Assembly (NCBI RefSeq): GCF_036321535.1
Contig: NC_087436.1
Location: forward strand, 12,586,001-12,650,000
Direction: 5' to 3'
Source: Camelus dromedarius
Lineage: Eukaryota
Length of the DNA stretch: 64,000 nucleotides
The position numbers and the translations under genes were made by a program. Below the pieces are notes generated by a model. The model did not search any database. It was not told the DNA's origin and was given only the letters and a program-made list of their open reading frames with translations. This document shows, one piece after another, positions 25,625 to 38,529 of this stretch (position 1 is the first letter of the stretch; each line of letters opens with the position of its first letter).

Positions 25625-27884
25625 AAGAATCATGCAAAATAGAATTTGTCAGAATTCTTGGATTTTAGGGCACAATCTTGTAGCAGTCTGCAAAGTACAA
25701 ATGCAACTGGGTGTGAAGTCACATATTTTATGCTTCCCAACTATCAATCATAAAAAACAATAATCAAACAAGCTAAAAGAAAGATTGAATTACCTTTCTG
25801 ATATCTCTAGAAAATTACATTAAATATTGTCATATAAATAGACAAAGATTATACTGCCAGAAATACGGGAAAAATGTCCTACAGATATGTGTCAGGTAGC
25901 TTATTAATAAAAAGTTATTCTTCTAGATTTTGTGGATGATTATGGTATTTATCATTTTAAGTTTGTTATTTATTGTGATTTCTTTCCTCATTCCAAATAT
26001 TCTTTCTTATATAGTGTTATGTTCATTTTTTTATTGAGCACCCCATAAATTACATTAACTTTAGTCTTTATCATAAAGCCTAGATCCTTCTGTGCCTGAA
26101 CTTTTTTGTTTGACTTACATGATTGTTAAGAGGACAATGCAATATGAATTATGCAAAATAAAATAATGCATTTTAAAGAACATGGAACAGTAAAAATTAC
26201 TATAGTACTGAGAAGTTTGGGTATTATATTGTTTTGACTCTGACTCATTTCCACCTAAATTTTCCACATGTTGTAGAAATACTTCTATAAATGAGTTTTC
26301 ATTTCCAGCTCAAAATGGAATGTGGTTTCTTATGTATGATATTCAGTTGTGGGCCATAAGTACTGAGCTATATGACATCTCAGAAATTGGAGACAAGTTC
26401 TCTGCACTGAAGTAGTTTAGGAATTCCTGAGGAATGTCTTCAGATGCAGTTTTTCACTTGTTGAGCATCTGCCATAAACCAGACAACATGTTATTCAATA
26501 AGATGAGTCAGAAACAGATCCAGCCTTCAAGGTAGTCCCAGCAATGGCATTAATCCACTGATGATGGATGGAATTCCTGAAAAATCTAGAAGTTATTTGG
26601 AAGTAATGGGATGGATGAGTTGAACAAACTTGAATGTTTGAGGCTATAAATGAGAAGTGACCAAAATAATGAGATCAATTTTTCTTGTATGGCCCCTACA
26701 GTAGATCCAAATACAACTATTGTTTACAATAATCCTTCATGACTTTATTGTCACATTTTGTACACACGTGGAGATCTGCTTATACACATACCTTCAGTAA
26801 AGAGAAAGCCAGTGCAGCTATATATTTACAAGTTAAATGTTTTGAAGAGTGAGACATTCACCAAAGCAGATTTTACTTTAAAAAAACACACCATAGAACC
26901 AATTTTTGAAGTTGTGTATGCACTAACATGGGCTGCTGAGAGCACTGCTTTCTCTGAAGCCAAGCATCCGCTTGAATTGACATAATTAGTAATTATACTA
27001 GGTAACTAAAGCTTCACTCACGGCAATGAAAAATGGCGGTTGGTTTGCCATTTCAGACCAACTGTCAAGATTTCTTCTGCTTTCCTGAATTAAAAATTCA
27101 GCTTAAGAAGATGTATAAAAGAAACACATGTTAAAGGTCAGTTCAGTGAAATTGTTTATGCTCACTAGAGCCCTGTAATTTCACTAAATTTATATGCAAA
27201 CTTGAACCTTCTTAAATATCTAGTCCTTTCACTTGGATTGACTTTAGTTTTACCCGTTACAGAAATCAGTTGAGTTTATTTCCTTAATCGCTTATCTATA
27301 CTGGATTCATTGGCTTTTGCCCCATCCATCGCTCCAAGAACAAGTCTCAAGACGACCTGTTCAGAAACTTAAGCAGGCACAAAAATGAGAGAAGAGTTCT
27401 ATAAAATGCTGATCACACCATCCCTACAGGTTAGCAAACTTCAAAACATATATAGCAGGCTTCCTTTTCTTCTGAAGATTTCTCAAGACCCATTCAAAAC
27501 ACTGAGAGCCTAGTCCTACCACTTGGAGAATCTAGGAGCAATCATTTGCCTTTATGATGGCCCCTTTTCACAGTGTGGCACATTTAATGGGAAAGTTGTG
27601 CATATTCATTATTTATCGTAAGTAGACTTTTTTCAAAATTTATTTGTATTTTGCCTTATTCCATGAAGGTTGAGAAAATTTATGAAAACTAGATTTATTA
27701 CAATCAGGTAAGATAAAAATTAAACACAGAAAATCAAGGCCAGGAGGAAAAGGCAATCACAGCAGACCTTGCAAAATGTGCTTAGCAAGTGCTCTACAAC
27801 GCGCTAAGAGGGACCCCGAGTCTGCTCTCAAGTCTACCACTAACCACACCGATGCTTCAGCATAGGATGTGAGTCACTTTCCAA

Positions 27885-28175
27885 CTAAATCAATAAATTC
27901 TTCTTGGGCACTTTCTATGCATTAGGGGCTGTGCTCCTCAATGGAAGACGCAAAACTATCAGGTGATTCCCGCTTACAAGTGGAGACTGGCGTGTTCACA
28001 GCGGGCTCCAAACCAATTGGAAGGGTTAAGCAGTAAAACAGACATGCCAACAATGAACTGAGGAGAGACATCAAGTCCAAACTTGGAATCAGGAAGGGCT
28101 TTTGGAGAAAGTGGTATCTGAGTTGAGCCTTAACGGGTAGAATTTTGGCAGTAAGGCGAGGCAGGAAAAAGGTGC
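27885..28175 (-). mobile_element. L2 3' fragment
   Basis: ATCAATAAATTCTTCTTGGGCAC...TCAGGAAGGGCTTTTGGAGAAAGTGGTATCTGAGTTGAGCCTT. Confidence 0.65.
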
Positions 28176-28469
28176 TGAAGGCTGAGATAGCCTCACCCCT
28201 CTCTTAACCACTGTGCTGTGCAGGACCACTACTGCCCCACCACACACAGCAAACATGTGCTGACCATCCTCTCTGCTCCCCACAGTCATCCGCAACCCCA
28301 CAGCTCTAACCATGCATGCTTTGCACTTCACCACGAACCCCTCAACTTCTCCAGCTCATGTTTTAGTCTGTGCAACCTCTAGGTCACTTTTGTTTTGTCA
28401 GCTAAAAACAGAGGCCAGGTGCTCAGCCTTAACAATGACCTCACTGGGGCAGGAGCCTGGTCTGCTGTT

Positions 28470-29287
28470 TCCACACCCCATCTACTATCCACAAAAACTA
28501 ACTCAAAATTAATTACAGACTTGAACTTAAGACCTGAAACTATAAAAATCCTAGAAGGAAACATACGCAGTAAGCTCCTTGACATTGATCTTGGTGATGA
28601 GCTTTTAGATTTGACACTAAAAGCAAAGGCAACAGAAGCACAAATAAACAAGTGGGGATACATCAAATTAAAAAGTTTCTGCACAGCTAAGGAAACCATC
28701 AACAAAGTGAAAAAGGCAATCTACCAAATGGGAGAAAGTATTTACAATCATATATCTGATAAGGGATCAATATCCAAAATATATAAAGAACTCACACAAT
28801 TCAATAAAAACAAACAATCCAGTTTAAAATTGGCAGAAGATTTGAACAGACACTTTTCCGAAGAAGACATACATATGGTCACAAGCACATGAAAAGATGC
28901 TCAATATCACTAATCATCAGAGGAATGCAAATCAAACCCACAAGAAGCTATCACCTCATGCCTGTTAGAACAGCTATTATCAAAAAGACAAGAAATAACA
29001 CGTGTGGATGAGGATGTGGAGGAAAGGGAACACTTGAGCATCACTGGTGGGAATGTAGATTGCTGCAGCCACTACACAAAACAGTATAGAGGTTCCTCAT
29101 AGAACTAAAAATAGAACTACCATATGATCCAGAAATGCCACTTCTGGATGTTTATCTAAAGGAAATAAAATCACCATCTTGAAAAGATATCCGTACCCCA
29201 TGTTCACTGTAGCATTATTTAAAAAGCCAGGAAAGCTAAGATGTGAAAATAACCTGTGTCCAATAATGGAAAAATGTGTAAGAAAAT

Positions 29288-29321
<34 letters not shown>

Positions 29322-29835
29322 CACACATACAATGGCAAATTATTCAGCTATAAAAAAGAAGAAAATCTTGCCATTTCTGACAACATGAACCTTAAGGGCA
29401 TTATGCTAAGAGAAGTAAGTTAGACAGAGAAAGGTAAATACTATATGAACTCGTGCATGGAATCTAAAAGCAAAAAACTAAACAAAAAATCGGAACTCAT
29501 AGATACAAAAATCAAATAGATGGAGGCTGAGAATTGGTGAAATGGATAAAAAGGGGGTGAAAAAATACAAACTTCCAGCCATAAAATAAATCAATCATGA
29601 GATGTGTGCATGGTGATGATAGTTAATAATACTGTATTGTGCATTTGAAAGTTGCTAAGAGAATAGATCTTAAAAGTTCTCATGACAAGAAAAAATTATA
29701 ACGATGTGTGATGATGGGTGTTAAGACTTATTGTGGTGATCATTTCACAATATACATAAATATCAAATCATTATGTTACACACCTGCAACTAATACAATG
29801 TTATATGTAAAACTGACCTTGATAATAATTTAAAA
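28470..29835 (+). mobile_element. 5'-truncated L1 (L1MA9-like): ORF2 C-terminal remnant + 3' UTR
   Basis: ORF 28395-28892 contains NSKLITDLNLRPETIKILEGN...INKWGYIKLKSFCTAKETIN; 3' UTR TTTGAAAGTTGCTAAGAGAATAGATCTTAAAAGTTCTCA. Confidence 0.92.
29287..29326. repeat. Compound microsatellite (TG)13(AG)4(AC)3
   Basis: Direct reading, inside the L1. Confidence 0.92.
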
Positions 29836-30739
29836 ACTCTTCTGGAATTTGATATCTATATCTTAACTTACAGATAATTTGCAAACTGTAGTTCTTTAGT
29901 TATGCTAAAAGTGTGGATCGTGTATGGCTCTATTTGCTTGATATTGTTCTGTAGTTTCCAGGGTATGTGTAAAGAGATTTGGTTTTTGGTGAGTTCCATT
30001 ATTCTTAGGATACTAGGTTTCAATTCTTTTCCCCTTAGCCAACTGACTTTAGGAATCCCCTAGAATACAAGTGAGCAAGGACAGCAGTATGGCTCGGAGA
30101 GTCCTTTAGACTGCCTCATGCCGTTTCCACTTGACAGCGGTGCTGCTGAACACGCACTTGGCAATGAAGCGACACTCAGTTAATGAGGGTCAGTCTCTAC
30201 TAACCCTAATCACTCACTAAGAGCTGTATTTCAGGAGAATTATTTGCCTAAGAGAATATGGCTTTGTCCCAGATCTCCGAGGTCTTAGCTGTTTTTCTGA
30301 TCAGAGGTTTTATGTGCCACACACACAAGTGGTGACACATTTCCAGTACACTGGACCCGTTGAATCACAACTGATGAAGTACATAGCAGCTCGCATTGCT
30401 GTATTTACCACATGGGTCTATTTTGCCCTAGTTCCCTACTTAAAACCCATTAACTTCTGGTCACTGAGTAAATAGATCAGTATAGCTTTTCCAAATGTGT
30501 TTTTCTTCAGATTAGGGTCCACGAGAGATCTTCATTTTGTTTCTGAGAACACTTATATGTCTTTTTACCTAAAAACAAATTTAGATAGATGACAGATTAA
30601 TGCTTTCACTGCACTGAGAAAAGAGATTTTTTAAAGTGTGATCTCACATGCTTTCTTCATAATCATTTAGTTTTCCTTATCCTTCCACATTTTGGTGTGC
30701 AAATATAAGCACGCACAAGTTTTTTACCTCTTCACCCAA

Positions 30740-31460
30740 AACACATCATAGTATCTTACACATATACTTCTGAACCTTGCTCTTTTTCACTTATCTCTAT
30801 GTTAGGAATAAAGACTGTTCTTACTCTTTTGTACAACTTCTTACTATGCACCAATAAATGTATTATTGTATTTAATCAATCCCCTAATGATGAGTATTTG
30901 GGTTACAAACAGTATTTCAATGAATATATTTTTTATATCTATCACTTGGCACACAAATGCAAGTATATCCCAGAAGTAGGACTGCTGGGTCAAATGAGTT
31001 AAGTATTTGTAACTTTGGACGGTAGTTGCCAGCTTTCTGTATGAATTATATCAATTTATAATCCTACCAGCAATGCATGAGAATGCCCATTTCCTTCAAT
31101 GCTTCCCAATGACTTATGAACCTTTCAAATGGCTACAAATCTGAGCTTTTACCTTGCATTTCCCTTATGGGTAAGATAAAGCATCTTTCTATGTTTAAGG
31201 GCTGGACATCTGTCATCTGCCTTCATACATTTTATCCATTTTTCTCGAGTGGATGATCTTTTTATCGATATCTTGAAAGATTAGCCCTTTGTGAAACGAT
31301 TCGCAGTTACTGTTCAAGTTTATCATTTCTTTTGACACAACCTAATTGTATTCTCGCCATGCAGGCCTTCCTTTTTAAATCGGACTTACCAAACTTTTTC
31401 TACTATGGCTCCTAGATTTTGAGTCACAGTTAGGGAAATCTTTCACACTCCAATATTGTA
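30740..31460 (-). mobile_element. Ancient L1 (L1ME-type) fragment
   Basis: TTTAATCAATCCCCTAATGATG...CCCAGAAGTAGGACTGCTGGGTCAAA...CCTACCAGCAATGCATGAGAATGCCCATTTCC. Confidence 0.75.
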
Positions 31461-32174
31461 AAACAAAAACTAGAAAAGAGAGGCAAGGTTAAACTTTCTG
31501 ATCTTTATGTTTACAAGGGATTTTATGCAAGATGGATCAGGTCTACTTAGCAGAACATATACCACATCTCAGCCATAGTCCCTTGCACAAAGTTGCGCAA
31601 ACAATTTGACAAAGGGCTGTCATTAGAAGTGTTTCCCTGCCCAATTAGCTATACCATATAGCTAAGAAACTTACCAATAATGGCTTGTGATCCATCTCTT
31701 ATTATACAGCCTATACGAAGAGTAAAGCAGCAAATAATTAGCAGGTATGTTCACAAGCCAAGTGAAGTATCATATGCAGTATGAACAAAATTAACTGCTC
31801 AGCCACAACATCACAGAAAAGGGACATTGTTTGATATGATTTATTTCTGGTTGAAGGGGACAGAAGAAACGAAAAACTAATACAAATAAATACTATATGC
31901 TTTATATAGTTATACCTAAAGAATATCAGCTACCATTTGAGTCCTCTACTTTGCAAGCATTTTATCTTTAACATTGTTAAGATTTATTTATATCATGATT
32001 TTACAGAGTGAAAGTATGGCTCAGAGATTAAAAACTGTGTACAAGTTAAAAGAGCTGTTACTTGGCAGAAGTGGTAACCAAACCTGAGGCCAAAGCTTAT
32101 ACATTTCCCATGTTAACTATCTATCTCCAAATGCACTCTGTGGTTGGTAAGCTCTCTGAATTGTCTGAGATATA

Positions 32175-32367
32175 CAGCTGAACCTTGAAGAACGCTGGGA
32201 TTAGGGGTACCCACCCTCCACGTAGTTGAAATTCTCATATCCACTGTTCCATACTGGCAGATTCAGCCAGCCCTGGATAGCGTACGACTACAGTATGGGT
32301 TTACTGAAAAAAATTCATGTATAAGTGGGTGTGCACAGTTAAACCTCATATTGCTCAAGGGTAACTG
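32175..32367 (-). mobile_element. MER8/Tigger2a-type MITE
   Basis: TIRs CAGCTGAACCTTGAAGAAC / TTGCTCAAGGGTAACTG, flanked by TA on both sides. Confidence 0.85.
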
Positions 32368-33204
32368 TATAGTTTTAAGTGAAAAAGTTATGTGGGAACT
32401 TGTAAATATGATTTGGGCCATTCCAAACATTTCCATGAAAAACTAAAATTAATCTGTTTTTCTTCGGGTTTGGAATCCGAGTCACCTCTGCATCCCAAGG
32501 CTATTTCCACAGCAGCTGACACACACTCACTGTATGTTTGCTGAAGGAGTGATATGAACCTGTGAGTCACAGTAATTAAAATGCAAAATCAGGTGTCAGA
32601 AAAGAAGTAATGCTAGTTAAGTGCAGCGTCTATGCTCATTTAAATTAGGCAGCAACCTAGACAGGTAAGTAATGCATATTGTCAGATGGACTGAGCCTTC
32701 TTTACAGGATGGGAAAAAAAAGAGACATTTAATTACTCCCCAATAACTTCTTGCTAGAAAAAGCTTTAGTTGAAAAAAATATTTGCAATCATTTCATATT
32801 CTATTTATGAAAAATTCTCTGTCCCATACAGCTATACAATAAACAAAGTTAATGTCTGGTATCTAACAGTGGACAATTTTTTGCTCTATCAATTATGTAA
32901 ACCATCATTAGAAATTTATTATAGATGGACACTAAACTATTAAACAGTCAAAATGACCTGGATTCATTAACTATTCATAAGAAAAAGGGGGAAATGTCAC
33001 TGGGTTCATTAATATCCTGAAAAGGATTTTTTACTGCTTCCCAAAACTTATTTTTCTCTCTGCAGTATCCTTTGCTTTGGTCCCAATGAAGACACCGAGT
33101 CTGTAACTGGATACCAAGTAAGGGAAATTATCCCTAGAAAGTCAAGGCAACTGTGAGAGCTAATTTTTTTTGTGCATACAAATAAACAAAAATAAAACAT
33201 ATGC

Positions 33205-33965
33205 ATATTAGAAGCATCACATATTTAATGTCAAAGAATTTGAATTCAAGTACAAAAATTAAACAACACATGATTTCAACATTAAAAAACTTAACACTTA
33301 TTGCTCAAACTATACAGTGAATATCAAAAACAAATGAAGCGTAACTATAAAAACCTCAAATACATTAACAGCAAAATTACAATTTATTCTATAACAAATA
33401 ATTAACAAAAATATTTATAGTTATTTTCAAGGACCACAATGGTAGATTGCTTTTTCTTCAGTATTGCATAAAATTTGCATCTTAATCTTTTTGCCCTTCA
33501 TTCCTTTCTACATAATAGTTAGATGCTTCTGGTTATATGATTGTTCTAAACTCTAATACAGATAGTGATCCTTGGTAATCAAATCTAGTGTAACCACTGT
33601 CTGCAAGTGCTTTAATATTTGTGAAATGCTATTTAGCAAAGTTATCATGCAAAAATTCAACATAAACTTCTGGGTTCTATTACCCACTCAGGAATCAGAA
33701 GTATTCAAAATCCCAGAATTTTAAGAATAGCCATTTGTTACACCTTTATCAAGAAAAATCACTGAGTAACTTTTTAAACATAGCATTTGTACAAGTTTTA
33801 CAACTGTAGGTTTTTCTGAATTGTGACTGATGTTTACTATGTTGAAATAAATATGTAATTATCATTTTAAAACCAAATGTGCAAACCCGATTCTAAAATG
33901 AAACAGTATTTTAATTTGCATGCTTTACAAAGAAACTTTCATACTCCTGTTTACAATATTTTTCT
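33205..33965 (-). other. RBM46: RBM46 3' UTR (end approximate)
   Basis: Repeat-free AU-rich sequence after the stop codon, ending at an ATTAAA followed by a U/GU-rich tract. Confidence 0.7.
33224..33229 (-). terminator. Putative polyadenylation signal ATTAAA (an upstream AATAAA lies at 33383-33388)
   Basis: Plus-strand TTTAAT at 33224-33229; downstream on the minus strand reads ATGTTTTATTTTTGTTTATTTGTATG, a typical U/GU-rich element. Confidence 0.6.
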
Positions 33966-34165
33966 TCAGAAGAATGAGGCCTGATTGGAGATATATAGTC
34001 GCTGTCCAACATGGCTGCCATTAGCAAGTGACACTGGTGGTGACAAGGGATAGCTCGGATAAGAACAAGGCCTTGAAGTATAAGGAAGCACGCTGGGAGT
34101 CCCAGAAGAGAGGGTAGCACTAACGGGGGAAAGACTATTTACTGAGCTGCGACGGAAATTGTAGT
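33966..34165 (-). CDS. RBM46: RBM46 main terminal coding exon (Ser/Pro-rich tail DYNFRRSS...ISNQASFF*)
   Basis: Acceptor TTTATTTACAG|ACTAC at 34166/34165. G from the upstream exon + AC = Asp; 200 nt + 1 = 67 codons ending TGA at 33968-33966. Resembles the recalled human RBM46 C-terminus. Confidence 0.95.
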
Positions 34166-35213
34166 CTGTAAATAAATACATGAACAATTATGCTGCACAT
34201 CTTTATGCTTACAAATTTAATTCAAATAGACAAAGCATTAAAACTATAATCACAGTTCAACATAATGTTCTAACATTCAAAATCCTGATAATACTGTATT
34301 GCTGGCAGAGGCTGTTTCAGCATTCACTGTGTTGCAAATCGTGGTATTCTCATCGGTCAGCATGACATTTCTCTCACTGACACAGTGCTTCAGAGATCTT
34401 ATTAAAATGCATTCTTAGGTATCTATTTCTTAGATATCTATTAATTGTTTTGTGTCTTTTTATGATCACTGAGAAAGAGAGCCTCTGATTTCCATCCACA
34501 ACGAAGCTCTTTTCAGATTTGGTACTGACACTAAGGGGTCATCCATGAAGAAAAGATAAAAAACAGTGAATTCATATTTGCTTCTTTTTTGAAACTGCAT
34601 TAGGTATAAAACCAGCAGAAAAATTCACCCCTGGATTGAAAAAAACTGTCTAATATTTCATTATTTAAATACTAACATAAACATTTATACAATTCAACAA
34701 ACCAATTTAACATTAGAATCCTATTGGTACCTTAAAACAGTAAAGTAAGTCAGTTTTATAAAATAAACTTCAAGAAACCATTATCAATTTATAGTATAGG
34801 AAACCCAAAATTAAACCAAATTTTTAAAAACAATATTTTAAATATTACTGTTCCACAATAAACATTCATCTTCTGTACCAATAATTTCTTGCTTCATTAA
34901 TTATGTTTATGGATGTGTGTGAGTATTAAAGGCCAAATTTGTAAATCCTGCACTTTCCAAAAACTCACTATGTTCTTTAGTGTAGAGTAAGCCAAGGGTG
35001 TGAAAATGACTATAAAATGATTATTTATATAACTTATGGTGTTTCTAGGAGTGGAAGAAATTAAGTCATCTAATGTACAGGTAAAATTTTTTCTGTATTT
35101 CCCTGGTACTATAAATGAGGCCTAAAACGTGAGCGTTAACTTAGTGTTGTCATGGACTTAATATTAAGCCAACAGGAATGAGATCAACTGCAGGAGAATA
35201 AGCTCAAGCAACA

Positions 35214-35224
35214 TCAGAAAGGAC
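35214..35224 (-). CDS. RBM46: RBM46 alternative acceptor giving the very short C-terminus GPF*
   Basis: Strong acceptor TAACTGATTTTTAATTTTTCCATTTTTTTCTTAACTAG|GTCCTTTCTGA; G+GT CCT TTC TGA. Consistent with a recalled human isoform ending LHLGPF. Confidence 0.7.
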
Positions 35225-36539
35225 CTAGTTAAGAAAAAAATGGAAAAATTAAAAATCAGTTAAATATAGGTTTAATTTCTAGCATTGTAAAACCAATTAA
35301 AATAATTTTTAACCTTTTTATTTGTATTAATGGTACGATAAGATTAATTAAAAGCAGCTTTTTTCCAAGAAGACATAAATACATTTAAGGCATCCAGTTC
35401 AAAATATTTTCAGTATTTTGAAATGGGTAAGGAATTACTTTGATACCATTTGCCTTTCTAATATCCAAAGTAGGATAAATCAAGGATTCTCTCCTTCTAA
35501 AGATTATCGCACAAATACAGTCGATTCTTTATCAGCCATATATACATGATACAACCAGCTCTTCAGATTTTAACAGTGTGCTCATAGACAACATTATTTA
35601 GAAGAGCAGATCTTTAAATAGTTACTTCTGGAGGTGGGGAAACGTAGCTTTCAGAGAAGTCACTTTTACTTTAGGTTTCTATCCCCTCAAGAGGTAACGC
35701 AGCTTATTCATGAAACATGGATAAGAGAGACCTTTGAGGAAGATTTCACAAAGAAGATAGACAACTGACTACCGGCAGAGTGCTTATTAGGTCTGAAAAT
35801 TTGTATTTCTGATATTCTCCTCCTGTAAACCTTCAGTTTAAAAATACACTAAAGGAAACCTAATCAACTCCCCCTCCCCCCCAAAAAAAAGTAAATTAAA
35901 AGAAAAAAATTAAAAAGAGCCTTAAAAAAGACAAAAATATTTAAGAAATAAAAATAAAAATACATTAATGGACTGCTGTATTCTCACATTTTTAAGGAGA
36001 GTAAACAAAAATATAAAATTAAAAGTTCTCTTTGATGACTTTATCCATAGAGGATAATAAATTAAGAGAAAAAAATCCCCCCCCCACAATACTACAAAGA
36101 TTAGGAAACAAACGGCTTCTGATGTTTTTAAGCATTTCAACATAATTTTTTCAACAATCTAAGAATCTAAATATTTCAGAAAAATATCTGGGTGATTTGA
36201 AAATAGGAATACATATCAAACTTAGTAACTAGTGAGATAAACCTTGATGAATCATGTTTTCCTCTAACATACAATAGATGTATCACTGACAATAAAACTC
36301 AGAAAGCATCACTGATTTCTGTGAAACAACAAATCAATAAATGAATTAAAATTCTTAGCATATACTTACTAGCCCACCCCTGGTTTTTCTTCCCAATGAA
36401 CATCCTTAGCTCTTCAAACCCACCGTTTCAGCCTTAGACTGGGCTCTGTACTCCCCTTTCCCCTTCTTAAGGGAACAATACAGAGCCAGTTTCAGAATTT
36501 AATTTTTACACTGGGAATTATTCAACTGCCTAACACTTC

Positions 36540-37380
36540 TTAAATTGAGGAACAATTTACATACCATAAAATGCATACATCCTACGTGCTCATTTCAATG
36601 AGTTTTGATAACTATATAAACCTATGTAACCAACACCCAAAACAAGATAAAAAACATATCCATCAATCTAGACGTTCCCATTATTCTTTTCCAGTCAAGA
36701 GCCCTTCTGTTGGAGGCAACCACTTTCTGATTTCTATCATGATAAGCATAGTTTATAGACCATTCTTAGACTTCATATAAAATGTACTTCTTAAAAGTAT
36801 TTTTATGTCTATCTTCTTCCTCTCAACATAATTTCCAAGATTCATTCATGTTGTGTTTATCAGTCGTTTGTTCCTTTTTATTGTTGAATAGTATTCCACT
36901 GTATGAATACACCATAATTCCTTTATCTATTTACCTGTTGATAAAGATCTGGGATGTTTCTAAATTTTAAATATTATGAATAAAGCTGTTGTACACATTC
37001 TTATACAAGTCTTTTTGTGGGTTATCTATTTTCATTTGTTTGAGGTAAACAGTAGAGTAGAATTGCTGGGTCATAGGGTAGGGATATATACTACCAAACA
37101 GTGCTCTAATGTGACCATTTTTACACTCACATCAATAAAATATATGAGAGTTCCAGTTGCTCCACACCCTCACCAACATTTGATATTGTCAGTGTTTTTA
37201 ATCACTGCTATTCCAGTGATATGAAACAGTATCTCATTTTGGTTTTAATTTGGATTTCCCTTATGATCGATAATGTGTTGAGTGATCATTTGAACATCTT
37301 TAGTGAAGTATCTGTTCAAGCCCTTTGACCATTCTTATTGGTTTTGTCTTTTTATTGTTGATATCAATAAAGCTTTTGGC
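36540..37380 (-). mobile_element. Old L1 3' end (L1MC/MD/ME-type)
   Basis: AAATTGAGGAACAATTTACATACCATAAAATGCA...GAATTGCTGGGTCATAGGGTA...GTTGCTCCACACCCTCACCAACA. Confidence 0.85.
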
Positions 37381-38529
37381 TAATCAAATTTTCCAAATCA
37401 AAATATTAAACGAAGAAGAGTTGAGTCCTCAGAAGTCCCTAATTCAAACCATCTTTTTCACTGAAGAATGATATAGACAAAAAAATGGCTGACTAAGTGT
37501 TCCATACCACCATGGTTAAATTAGGCCTCTCAATTCCTAGGAAAGTATTACTGCCACTTGATCAAGCATTTTACTTTGGCAATCTTCTCAAAACTGAGTT
37601 GAGAGAAACTATCTCAAAAGGCTGCTGTAAGCAGGGGGATGGAAATAAAGTAGATGGTGCTTTAGGCTACCTGGCTTTTGTTTGCACCTACCCACCCCCA
37701 CACTTCTCATTTCAACCACCCAGCTCTGCATTCCTTTGCTTTTATATGCTAAACTTTTATGTAGTACTTCATTTGATGAAAAGACTCTTTTGCAAAAAAG
37801 GTATTACTTGCTCCATTATAATGCTTTAATATAATTATTAGCAACAGCATTTTGATCAAATCCTCTAAAATTTCACATTTATATTTTGAATGAAAACAAA
37901 TATTTTCATAGACTAACACTGATCTATGTAAAGACTAGTAAACAGGCTTAACCTTCAGTGCCAACTCCAATCAGGTAGTAAAGGCTAAAAGGACTCCGGA
38001 TTCCAAAGAATCCTGAAGCTGTGTCTGGAAGGGGCAGGAAAGTGAGTGGTAACTGTGGCACCACATCTGACAGGAGAACAGCGCAGAGGCCTGCAGCACA
38101 TTCACAGCCGCTCGCCAGTCCCGCTTCTAGCGATTATAATGCAGGCTACTCCCTTCCTCTGTCCGACACAAGAGACAAATACCACCACAATGTTCCTTAA
38201 GGAAATCTAAGCAATGGATGCATGCTGATTTATCTCTTTATTTGTCTTATTTTTTGTTTCTAATTCTCTTACACATATTGACCAAATATCACAGATTCTC
38301 TAGCTGCTTTTCTGTTTCACATAAAGAAGGAGAAAACCCTTAATAGAGACTTCAAAGTGAATTCAATGAAAGCGTCTTCTCATATTAATTTTGGCTCTTT
38401 TTCTTTTAGCTTGTTTCTGACCACATACTCCTTGAATAAATTTTCTATAAAAGAGTAAATTCCTCATAATTGGATTTTTTCCCCTTGTTAGCTCCACCCT
38501 CTAGAGTTCCACCTTTACATCCACCCCTT

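Noticed and set aside
28395..28892. 165-aa ORF
   Set aside because: L1 ORF2 remnant, not a host gene.
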